DNA of 64,000 bases, taken from contig OZ025665.1 in the NCBI GenBank assembly GCA_964019335.1, positions 310,001-374,000 of the forward strand, given 5' to 3'. The stretch is from Diplonema japonicum (taxonomy: Eukaryota > Protista > Euglenozoa: Diplonemea). Position 1 is the first letter of the stretch. Each line of letters begins with the position of its first letter. This document shows positions 1 through 10,580 of the stretch, in pieces. Both the position numbers and the translations under genes were made by a program. Under the pieces are notes generated by a model, which saw only the letters and a program-made list of their open reading frames with translations, searched no databases and was not told where the DNA came from.

Positions 1-1
1 G

Positions 2-1118
2 GTGGGCCTGCGGCTCCCGGCGGCATCCGTCCATGCGGTACTCCGGGCCTCGGGCGACGGCTGCATGGTCAGGACGACCGAGCGGCGCGGGGGGTACACC
101 TACGTGCCCATCGTAGCGGAGGGGAGGGCGGAGGCCTTCCAGCTGGCGAAGGCACTGGGCGGGTTGTCCCTGGGGGTGGCCCATCGCAAGGGTTGGACCG
201 TGAGGTGCCTGCCGGAGACGGAGCAGCGTCTGAGGGAGGCCCTCGCCAAGCAGAGGACAAAGCGACGGTACCTGCTCACCGGAGCCCCGCTGTCTGTTAC
301 CAGGGCAGCCTTCGACGGGATGATGGACCACATCGGTTGGAAGCCGTCGTCCATCATCCGACGCTCTGACACGGCGTTCCAGGGCACGAGGCAACTCGTG
401 TTCTTCATCGTCGCCGACGCCCCGCCCCCCAAGGCCAGGACATGGCTCTTCGGCTCTCGTCTCGTTCGACTGCACGACGCGGAGGACCACCCGAGCGTCA
501 CGCTCCCGCCCCGCACCAACAAGAAGGCTCCACCCGCGGCTCGGACGCCGGTTGCGGCAACCACGGCCCAGACGCCGACGCCGGCCCCTGGCCCCACGGT
601 GCAGTCCACAGGGCTGCCGAGCACCAATCCGGTCATCTCCACCGAGCTCTGTTGCCCCTCCGCCACTTGGCACTGTGACTCCGGTCTCCTCTGCGGCTTC
701 CCCGACCACGACAACTCCCCGTGACTCCCAGAAGAAGAATCCCGCACCGGAACCTGAGGTCCCGGCGCTCCTCGCGCTGATCCAGTCGATGCAGGCGACC
801 ATCGACGGTCTGCAGGCGACGGTCCGCGACCTCCAGGAGAAGATGGCAGCGTCACTTGGCGCGCCGGCGTCATCTGCAGACGGAGCTGGGCGGACGGCAG
901 TTGCTGGGAAGGGCAAGGGCGGCAAGGCTGGGTCCAAGGCAGGGACGAAGGGGCACCAGGCGCAGGGCGTAAGCACGCCAGGCCCCTACCCGACATCGAC
1001 GGAGCAAGGGGGCGGAAGGGGACGCGCCCAGTCGCTGGCTGGCGACTCTGCTTCCCCCAACGGGGCCGGCCGTGGACGGGCAGCCTCTGTGGGCCCGGCC
1101 CCCGCCCCTGCCAATTGA
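2..1118 (+). CDS. Retrotransposon ORF1 (partial; apparent frameshift near 600-700 joining ORFs 2..724 and 552..1118; C-terminal coiled coil)
   Basis: Lies directly upstream of APE-RT in the same GC-rich element; heptad-like LIQSMQATIDGLQATVRDLQEKM. Confidence 0.6.
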
Positions 1119-1214
1119 AGGGGTCCCGCTGAGCAGGGGGGGCGTCAGATCGACGACCACGCCCCCTCTCCTGGTCTCCCGCGCATACAGCCGAGGAGAC
1201 ACCTTCCACATCAC

Positions 1215-4200
1215 TTGTACGACGTCCTCCCTTCCTTGATCCCTTCCTTACTTGAACGGATGTCGGCCAGGGACCTGCTGGGGCTGCTTGGGCTGGTTGA
1301 GACGAACCCCGGTCCACCTAAGAAGCTCCCACCCCCGAAGCCGAAGGGACTCAGGGTCCTGTCCTGGAACTGCAACGGTCTTGCCGCCAAGTGGTCAACC
1401 GTGTCCTACCACGCTGTCCTACTGACGCTGGATATCATTATGATCCAGGAGACACACCTTAGGGAGGGGCATGAGACACCATACCTGCCTGGATACACGT
1501 CCTACAGGAGGGACCGCACAACACCGGTGACGGACGGCTCTGCGACGAGAGGCGGTGGTGTCATCACGTATGTCCGTGACTGCCTTGCCTCGGAGGAAGC
1601 TCCTTTCGTACTCCCTGAAGGTGACAGTGTCACCGAGCGATTAGACGTGAGGATCTCCTGTGTGAAGCGCGTCCCGGTCACCCTCTCCAACGTGTACCTC
1701 ACGCCTGTGAGTATAAGCAGAGGGACAAGGGACCCCGAGTACCTACGGCCGGGCAGCCTACCTGTGGGGAAGAACACGATCGTTGCTGGCGACTTCAACG
1801 CACACCACAGCTCTTGGGATGCCAAGGTGACAACGCCCAACGAAAGGGGGAACGTGGTCAGGGACTGGCTTGACACCCACGGCTACACGGTCTACAACAA
1901 CCGTGACGAGCCGACGCGGGACTCACCGCCATGCGTTCTGGACCTGGTGGTGGGACGTTGTGCGGAACTGGAGCCGAGGACGTTGGGGACGTGGGGCTCT
2001 GATCACAGCCCGGTTTCCTTCCGCCTGCCGCTTGAGGACGCCTACTGCTCGGAGCGACCCTGCCCTACCTGGAACTTCAAAAAGGCCAGGTGGGACGACT
2101 TCACCGCGGCCGCCGCTGCCCTTCTGACCAAGATCGACACGAAGGCCCACATTGACTCCTTCACGAAGGAGGTAACAGAGGCTCTTCTGCATGCAGCTGT
2201 TCCGCTTTGCGGAGTGCGACGAGGCCCGACCCCCTGGTGGACGGCCGAACTCGAAGACGCCTTCGAAGAACGGAACGCCCTGCGGGATCGCTTCCTCAAG
2301 TCGGCTGAGACTGAGGACGACAGCGTGGCGGCGGTCTACAAGGCGAAGGTCAAGGAGGTAAACCAACTCATGACCGAGTCGAAGCGCGCGGCCTGGGGTG
2401 AGATGGCGGCTGACCTCAGTCGGAGCAAGGACCTCGGGTCTGCGTTTAGGGCGGTGAAGAAGCTGGACGGCAGACACCGCAGACCGCACCTTCCCATTCT
2501 CGAGGGGAGGTTCGTGACGGACAAGGCGAAAGCCGACCGCCTGGGGGCTCACTTCGGCAAGCTCTACGGCCAGGGTGGTGATGGGGACGCGGTGGACGTA
2601 GCTCCTTCGACGAACGTGCTTGGGTGCCACGCCTTTACGGTGTATGATCTCACCCGCGGTCTGGGAAGGATGAAGACACGCAGTGCAGCGGGTGATGATG
2701 GCATCTTCGCGGAGATGCTTCTCCACCTCGACCAACCCTCGCTCGGGGTTCTACTTCTGCTCCTCAATCGCTCATGGCAGGCGGGGATCGTGCCGGGTGC
2801 CTGGAAGAAGGGGGTGATTGTTCCAGTGGCGAAGGCAGGGAAGGACGCCACGTTGCTTGCATCGTACCGTCCCATATGTCTCACTAGCTGTCTTTGTAAG
2901 CTGCTTGAGAGGATGATAGAGGAGAGGCTTACCTTTCTCCTAGACTCTAGCGCGTCGGGCGTTGAGGGTCTCCACGACAGCCAGGCTGGCTTCAGGAGGG
3001 GCCGCTCCACGGAGGAGCAGGTGGCGTCCCTGACCGGGTGCCTGTCGAGGAACAAAGACAGTCGGCGTCTGTCGGCTGCCCTGCTGTTTGACTTCTCATC
3101 TGCGTTTGACCTGGTTCAGCACGAAGCTCTCTTGGGCATGATGCGGAGGAAAGGGATCCCTGAGCCCTTCGTCGAATGGACGCGCTCCTTCCTCTGCGGT
3201 CGTACGGCGGCGGTCACGGTGGGTCGTTCGCGAGGGTCGACGACGAAGGTGAGGAGAGGGGTGCCCCAAGGGTCTGTGCTGGGACCCGTCCTTTACACCA
3301 TCTACGTCGACGAGCTAGCCAGGTTGCTGGTTGGGATGGCGGACCTGTCGGTTCTTTATGCCGACGATGTTGCGGTGGTGGTCTCAGCCGGGCAGGGCGA
3401 CCTGGCTGGTCTTGAGCGAGGGGCCCAGGCTGTGATGGACGCGGTTGAGGGCTGGTGTGGGAGACGGGGCATGCTGCTGAGCTCCAGCAAGTCGCAGGCA
3501 GTGTGCGTTCCCTATCAGAAGCGGCTTAATGTCTACTTCTCTTCGTCGCGTGTCCCGCTTTGCCCGGGGGCCTTCCAGGACCCTGTCCTTAATCTTGGGG
3601 TTGGGGCCTGTGGGACCTTGTCTGGCGTCCGTGAGCTGTCTGGCTTTCGGGTCGTGGAGGCGGGTGGCAAACGGTCCTTCGACATTCCCGCCGCCATCCG
3701 GAGGTCCGACATTGGTTACATGGCGGCTCGCCCCTTGCCTCTGTGTGGGTCGGCGAAGTATCTTGGGGTCACTGTAGACTCTGGGCTCACGTTTGACGAG
3801 CATGCGGGGGATGTCCTGAGGCGCGCTGACAAGAGGCTGAGGGTACTAAGGCTCCTGTCGGGCACGACCTGGGGGTGCAAGAAGGCCACGCTCCGATCTC
3901 TGTACCTCACGTACGTTCTCCCGCTACTCCGGTACTGCATGGGTGTTTACTTTGCCAGGCTCAGGGACAGCAGGGTGGAGGAGCTTGTTGGGCTCCACCA
4001 GAGAGCGGCGGTGCTGATCTCGGGTTGTTGGCACGGCTCGGGCACGGCGAAGGTTGTTGCTGAGGCAGGTCTGCTACCCCTCCGACAGATGGCTGAGGGA
4101 GCTGCGGCGGTGTTGACGGCGAAGTCGTTCTGCTGGAGGACCTCCCCGGTTCACCGCGAGGTCCTTGAGCAGAAGCGGATGGCTGCGTGCGGGTATCCTT

Positions 4201-5397
4201 GCGCTACGACGCTGCGGACTGCAGGGGTGGACGACGCAGGAAGGCTTCAGGAAGTACGACACCTTCGAGCTACTGACTGCCTCGCCCAAAGTAGCACCGT
4301 GGCACGCGTTCCTGGTGGAGTTCAGAACTGCCCTTCCCGGCAGGGTCACGCGTTCGTCGCCGGACGTGGATAAGCGGAAGGCGGCCGTGGAGGCTCTGGC
4401 TGCCCTTCCACCGGGTATCCATGCCTATACGGATGGTTCTGTCGTACGGGACCGCCAGAGGTGGAGGGGCGGTGCCGGGGTCTTCTTGCAGCTCCCCCGC
4501 CCCCACGAACCCGTGTCCGAGAGCTTCGGCGTCAGCAATTTCTGCTCTTCCTTTCGGGCGGAGGGTCTGGCTGTCAAGGTGGCTCTGGACATGGTGGCCG
4601 CGCTCCGGAGCGAGCACACCACGTTGGCAGACAGCCGGCTGTCGATCTGTACCGACTCGCTCTCTCTCCTTGATCAGCTGAGGGCAGGTCCTTCGCGGCA
4701 GAGGGAGAGGCTCGACCACGAGACCTGGGAACTGCTGGTGGCCGCGGCACGTGCACAAGGTGCACCAGTAATTCTCCAGTTTGTGCCGTCCCACTGCGGG
4801 GTTCCTGGCAACGAGGCGGCAGACAGGCTGGCCGGGGAGGGCACGAAGCGCGAGCTGACTCGCCCCTCTCTCGACTACAGATCGGTCAGGGCCCTGGTCC
4901 GTCGCCAGATTCAGCAGAGGTCTGCGGTCATTGTCGGGGAGGTGGCCCCGAGGTACGCGAGGGCCACGGGGCTCCGAGCGGCGTGCTTCCCCCAGTCCCT
5001 CCCCAGGCTAGCGGAGACGGTCATCTCGCGGCTGAGGGTAGGGCACTCCGCTCTCTTCTTCGGCTTCCTGCAGGCGGCTGGACCGAACAGGAAGAAGGCT
5101 GAGCTCAGCTGTCCAGCGTGTGGAGCTCGGATGTCCAGGGAGCACGTTGTTGGGGGGTGCGCTGTGGTTGGACGGGGTTCGCTCGACGCTCCCAATGGAC
5201 GCCCCTCGCTGGTGGAGTGCCTGTCAAAACGCGTGACGCAGGTATTCACCCTCATCGCCGACTCTGGCTTGCTTGACTGGACCAGATCCGGGGTCTTCAC
5301 GTCGCCGTCTGCGGCAACGGCAGGTACCGCTGCCCCTTCGTTCATCCCGCCGGCTGTCTCCCTTGACGCCGGCCCTGCGGCCCCCGTGTTGCGCTGA
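1215..5397 (+). CDS. Retrotransposon ORF2 polyprotein (2A-like peptide, AP endonuclease, reverse transcriptase, RNase H, Zn knuckle); frameshift near 4150-4260
   Basis: ORF 1215..4373 has APE and RT; overlapping ORF 4165..5397 has RNase H and CCHC; LVETNPGP at 1293-1316. Confidence 0.9.
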
Positions 5398-5516
5398 AGT
5401 GAGTAGGGTGAGATCAACATTTCAATTCTTTTAGTGCTTACGTTCCCTTCCCCTCTCTTCCACTCCCTCTCATCCTTTTCTTTATCATCATCCGGCACCG
5501 CAATCGCAGGACGTAG

Positions 5517-5554
<38 letters not shown>

Positions 5555-5744
5555 AACAGAAAAAAGTGAACCAAAAAGTACTAGTGAACCCTCTCCCCCT
5601 CCCCCAGTGTTTCCCATTATTACCCTGTCGTGCACCCCAACTTCTGTCTTCACCTTTCCCCGCCCCTTCACACACATCCCCCCGTATCATTTTCCTTTGT
5701 TTTGATTTTCTAAGGCTCCGCCGCCCAACAAAGCTGGCTGAAGG

Positions 5745-5938
5745 GGATGCCTCCGTGCCAGTGTGCCGCTCGTGAGGGCGAGCACGGACGAGGTACCCCA
5801 CTCCTCAAAAACCCGGAGGTTCGCCCGAAGGGTGCTGGCTTGGGAAGCGGGCTGGAGAGCTGCCGGGGTCACGGAGGTGGGCGAAGTCGCGAACACTGGA
5901 GCCCACGAACCGGCCCCACCTCCGTCCTCGGTACGTAT
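5745..5938 (-). ncRNA. Structured ncRNA candidate (U1 snRNA-like 5' end AUACGUACC), divergent from tRNA
   Basis: GC-rich island with perfect 11-bp stem (5871-5881/5915-5925), C(UUCG)G loop, GUUUUUG Sm-like site about 128 nt from the putative 5' end; strand and identity uncertain. Confidence 0.4.
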
Positions 5939-6103
5939 GGATATTTTAGCGGAAGTTTCAAGGTTATCTCATTCCTTTCCCCCTTTCGTTAGATACAGGG
6001 AGACCCTTGGTCCACCTGTTCTGTCCCCCCCCCAGCCTTTGCTTCGCATGTCAGTGGTTCATTTATTATTATTATTATTATTATTATTAAAAAAAATTGC
6101 AAT

Positions 6104-6185
6104 GCGGACGTATCCAAGTGGTTACGGAGGTGCACTCGAAATGCATTGGGCTCTGCCCGCGCAGGTTCAAATCCTGCCGTCCGCG
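6104..6185 (+). tRNA. tRNA-Ser(CGA)
   Basis: Acceptor GCGGACG/CGTCCGC, anticodon arm GTGCA-CTCGAAA-TGCAT, long variable arm, T-loop GGTTCAAATCC. Confidence 0.95.
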
Positions 6186-6307
6186 AGACTTTTAACCACA
6201 CGAAAAAAGAATTTCACAATGATAGGACCACCAAAAAAAGGAGAAAGAAAAGAATACAGAATCTGTAGAAACAGACATCACAAAAATGCTCTAGAAAGAA
6301 GCATTAT

Positions 6308-8465
6308 TTAAGGAAGGAAGTCATAAATATTGCGTGGCGGCAGGATCGGGTATTCTTCAAGAAGGCTCAAGAACCTCTTCGAGAGGTTGGTCGAACCGTA
6401 TTTCTTGATATAGGTCTGTATCTCTTCTTGAGCAGTTTTTAGGTCTCCGTTTTGATAGTATGAGAACAATTGCGTCCAGTGCTGGAGCTGCTGTTCGTTT
6501 TTGTTGCTGACTGTTTTTCCCGACAGCTCGAACAAGACGGCACCGTCCTTCGAGCCACCCATCATGAGTGTCACGACGTCGACCGCACGGACTGTGAAGT
6601 TCGGTTCTCCTGCCACTGCCTCTGCTGTGGCTGCATCGATCAAGCATCCGAGTCCGTAGTACCGAGCCAGCTTATCCATATGACGGCACAGCGGTAGGCA
6701 CTTCCCCAAGAATACAAATTTCTTCAACGTTGGGATGCCCACATTCCCGGCCACAAGGGCTTCTGTTACGATCCCCATGCTGGGTTTCCCGCCTTCTGAC
6801 TTCAGCTCAGCTATGTCCAAGGCTGCTTTGCACGCGCTCTCCTCACACCTCCCCGACTTCTCGACAAGGTTCCAACATATTGTGATATAGTCAGAAGTTA
6901 CATCCATGATGACCCCGCCTTGCTCTTCTGCGATCTGGTCGATGGCCGAGATGTAGATGTTCATTGCCGTCTCGAGCGTCTTTTGCTTTACAGGCACCTC
7001 TTCTTGTGGCGCCACCAAGTTCAACTGCCCTAGGTTGCAGATCAGAATCGTAACATCTTTCAACGCTTTCATATCCAGCTGCGTGTAAGGCTGCCCTTCC
7101 GCATTCTGAAACCTCTCCGCAAAAATGGTATCTGGAAGGAATTTACGCATTGCTCGTACTTTTGGGAGCGTGCCCATCAGCACCTTTTCTGCGGAAGGAA
7201 CGCCCTTCTGCTTCCCTTGAGGGATTTCGTTGTTCATGTGAACATGGAAAGTGTCGGTGTAATCTTGCATGCGCACTATGGATTTGCGTAGCTTTTCAAT
7301 TTCCTTAGCGGCGGCTCTCACTTGGTGCAGGCTGTTCTTGTAGCTCACGATGTTCCCCAAGTGGATGCACACCGCCCATACACACACCACAATTAAGATG
7401 CATAAGCATATCATTGTTGCCTCCAAGTCTGTCATCCTATCTGATGTCTCGTCGTCGATGGTAGGGTAGTAGGACCTCACGTCTGTATACGCAGCCTGTA
7501 CCTGCTGCCTGCATGATGTTACAATCTCGCTTGTGTTTTGGTGGTTTCTGCGGACCACGTTGCTGGCTGCTTCTAAGTACTTGTGGATGTTGTTCATGAT
7601 GGGGCTTTCCTCCAGAGGGTCGGTTTCTTTAAGCGCTTTTTGGGATGCATACACACGGTACATGGTGTCAGTCATTTTGAGAAATGACCTTGCATGGATT
7701 AGAGCCAACGTGCTGTCATGGGTGCCGGAAGTGTTTGCAGACCAGGCCACAGCAAGTTGGGCACGAGCAGCTGATGCCACTTTGAGAATGCTGCCGAACA
7801 TTGAAATGCGTAAAGTCTGGTACTCGTGCAGAATGGACGTTGTTTGCCTGCCCGCGAGAATGATGAGGTCGGTGCAGACTCGATCGTACTTTTCGATGGC
7901 CTTCTTCATGGACCCCGCGTCTGACCGTGACCCCAAGGAGCGGATCTCTTGAAGGTCAAGATGTTGCAGCACATTTGTGAACCTCCCCAAGTGCTTGATG
8001 TCGGAAGTGTCTTCACCGTTCCCCTTTGCGAAATGGTACTGCGCAAGGGACTTCACAGAAAGGTCCACTTGCTCGTTCGTCTTCTTAAGTTCCGACTGCA
8101 ACGCTGTTTCGTGCGACGTCATTTGTAGCTGTGTATTTTGGAGGAAGAAAAAAAAAAGAAAAAAAAAACTATACCAATATCAGTGACTTTTCTTCCTGTA
8201 GCTTTTCTACTACGTCGCTCGCTAAGCTTATGTACTGCGGTGCTATGTTATCTAGTTCTTTGAGGTCGCTCTGGTTCCTCTCCAGCAGCACCTGTTTTTG
8301 AAAAAGGTTATTTTTTTTGTTTTTTTCACATACCGCAGACATCACCAGAAGCATCAGCAACGCGGGGATGCTGACAAAGGCTGTCTTTGAATGCACTGAG
8401 AGACTGCAAGTACTGTAGCCCTCCTCCTGGTCAGGTTTCACAGAGATCATGTTATAGGACGTCAT
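6308..8465 (-). CDS. Receptor-type adenylate/guanylate cyclase-like protein (two TM segments, degenerate class III cyclase domain); introns 8292-8333 and 8129-8174
   Basis: KDVTILICNL, IAEEQGGVIMDVTSD, MGIVTEALVAGNVG resemble the class III cyclase fold; splicing the GT-AG introns joins ORFs 8169..8669 and 6308..8122 in frame. Confidence 0.75.
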
Positions 8466-8671
8466 CACTGCAGGGGCTTTGCCAGTTAGAAAAGAAAAAA
8501 AAAAGAGGAAAGTAAAAAAAAAGGGGGGGAGGTGAATGGAAAAAAAAAGAGAAAAAAAAAAAAAACGCCCCCCCCGGAAAATAGGGAGAGCAAGCCCCAA
8601 AGAAAGAATAAAAAAAAAGAGGAAAAAAAACCCAAACACTAGAAAAAAAAAGAAACAGTTTCGTTCCATTT

Positions 8672-8991
8672 CTACGCAAGAGACTTCACAACTTCCTCAA
8701 GCTCAGCGGGGAGGGGGACACCTGTTTTGTCGTGTTTAATAAGAAATTAAAAAAAAAAAAAAATAAAAAAATACCAGGTGCGAGTTCCATGGGGCCGCTC
8801 GCGGAGGAATCGCGAGCAGGGGCGTTCCTTGCCTGCATCTCTTTGTACCTCTTAGCGATAGTGAGGGCGTTCCTGTCCCACTCAACCTGGTTGTTGCTGT
8901 ACGCTGAGTTGCCCTTGAAGAAACCGCACACACCAGCGGAGAAGATAATTGCCTTGCTAAGGACAGCGAAGTTGTTGATAGCGAAAGTCAT
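8672..8991 (-). CDS. Mitochondrial ATP synthase subunit e-like protein (euglenozoan type); intron 8722-8774
   Basis: Spliced product ends ...ELAPGVPLPAELEEVVKSLA*; pattern F.A...G..KG.....N...W plus GVP(L)PAEL matches my recollection of the trypanosome subunit e. Confidence 0.65.
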
Positions 8992-9253
8992 TTTTTTTTT
9001 ATTTCCTTCTTTTTTTATTCTCCTTTGTCACGAGAGTTCGTAATTAAATATACAGGAAAAAAAAAAAATGTGCATCAATAATCAAAGCAACGCAACATCA
9101 GGGGCTGTGAAGCAAGAACCAACTACTGGACTGGCGGCGGGGCCTACCAGTCACCCCTCGCGGGACTAAATATACAGAAGAATAAAAGAGGAAAAAAAAC
9201 AAAAAATGAAGGAAGAAAATAAACGGAACACTGCAACAGAAAGCGGCAGACAC

Positions 9254-9316
<63 letters not shown>

Positions 9317-9410
9317 AGACATTTAAGATAAAAAAGAGAAGAATAGCTACCGGATTTGTATTTATATTGTTCAGTTTTAATAATGGTCTGGGGATTTAGT
9401 GTACTGTATT

Positions 9411-9610
9411 NNNNNNNNNNNNNNNNNNNNNNNNNNNNNNNNNNNNNNNNNNNNNNNNNNNNNNNNNNNNNNNNNNNNNNNNNNNNNNNNNNNNNNNNNN
9501 NNNNNNNNNNNNNNNNNNNNNNNNNNNNNNNNNNNNNNNNNNNNNNNNNNNNNNNNNNNNNNNNNNNNNNNNNNNNNNNNNNNNNNNNNNNNNNNNNNNN
9601 NNNNNNNNNN
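9411..9610. other. Assembly gap (200 N)
   Basis: Run of N. Confidence 1.
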
Positions 9611-9669
9611 GTTTCCTGCCAGCATAGCCGCCCCCCCCAGGACAGGCCCCACTAAAATCAAAGCCACGT

Positions 9670-10580
9670 GTGGTGTACAAGATCTACTTTTTGGTTTCCA
9701 TTTTCAAAACAAGGTACGCGGACGCCCTGAAGGCCCAGATAAAGAAAGAGCGGAAAAGACACAGAAGAGAAGCCCTTCTTACTGCTGTTGGTCCGGCTTC
9801 TGTTCCCGTTAGTCCTGTTGCCGCGCCTGGTGCTTCTGTTCCCGTTAGTCCTGTTGCCGCGCCTGGTGCTTCTGTTGTTGCCGGTCCCGTTGCCAACCCC
9901 GTGGCCTCCCCTGCTGCCCCGACACCTTCACAGATTGCAAAATCAGCAATGCTAGAGGTTGACAAAAGGACAAAGATTATGCGTCCTTTTGTTCTTGCCT
10001 GGGGTGTCGAGGCTTACCGCAAGCTAACAATTCGGGCAGGGTTCGCTTACCTTTTTAACGACCTCCCACCCGGGTCTGCATCCGTGACCCCGCCCACTGA
10101 GGACGTTCCTGCGCCCTCGCCTGGCCCTCCGCCCGCCTTCCGAGGTCGAGCTGGTTCGAGAAGCCAGGAGTTGACCCGATGGAGATTGATCCATTGGAGC
10201 CATTGGGACTGTCAGTCGACCCGGAACCAGCACCCGAAGACCCGGACATTGAGATCACTGAGATGTTCAGCAGGCTGGGCACCTCGACATAGAGGCCATT
10301 TCTGATGCGCCTTCTTCTGACGAAGAAGCAGAAGAAGAAGAAATGCCTGACCTCAGCCCCAAGCCAAGCAGCGGCACCAAGCCAAGTGACCCCAAGCCAG
10401 CGAACGAACAACGTGACGAGGGTGCCCTGCCCCAACTGCAGCGCAACCCTCAAGCAGGTTAGAAAGGAGACCAGTTGGGAGTGCACGGAATGCTCTGGTG
10501 AGCATGACATGAGCACCCGCGGGAGGGTCTGCCCGTCCTGCGACTATGTGGTGTGCTTTACGTGCAGGACTGGGCAATAG
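9670..10580 (+). pseudogene. Frameshifted transposase C-terminal remnant with Cys-rich zinc-finger tail
   Basis: SIFKTRY...AW...IRAGF resembles the pogo DDE_1 tail; CPNC..WECTEC..CPSCDYVVCFTC; frame changes and an internal 36-bp tandem duplication near 9796-9880. Confidence 0.5.

Larger units (their letters stand above)
1..5552 (+). mobile_element. Non-LTR retrotransposon (I/Ingi-like: ORF1 + APE-RT-RNase H-CCHC), 5' end outside window
   Basis: GC-rich block; APE motifs (SWNCNG, IQETHL, AGDFNAH, SDH), RT motifs (QAGFR, LFDFSSAFD, GVPQGSVLGP, YADD, KYLGV), RNase H (YTDGS, AE, CTDSLS, VPSHCGVPGNEAAD), C-terminal CxxC..H..C; ends in A36 at 5517-5552. Confidence 0.95.

Noticed and set aside
100-1317. 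405-aa antisense ORF over the LINE 5' region
   Set aside because: GC-rich shadow ORF with no recognisable motif.
5988-6003. 16-nt match GTTAGATACAGGGAGA also at 41578-41593
   Set aside because: One 16-mer match in 64 kb is roughly expected by chance; no extension.
10305-10580. Zn finger inside a TIR element as a possible Fanzor/TnpB
   Set aside because: No RuvC motifs (no D..AA.NI after the finger); Cys spacing differs.
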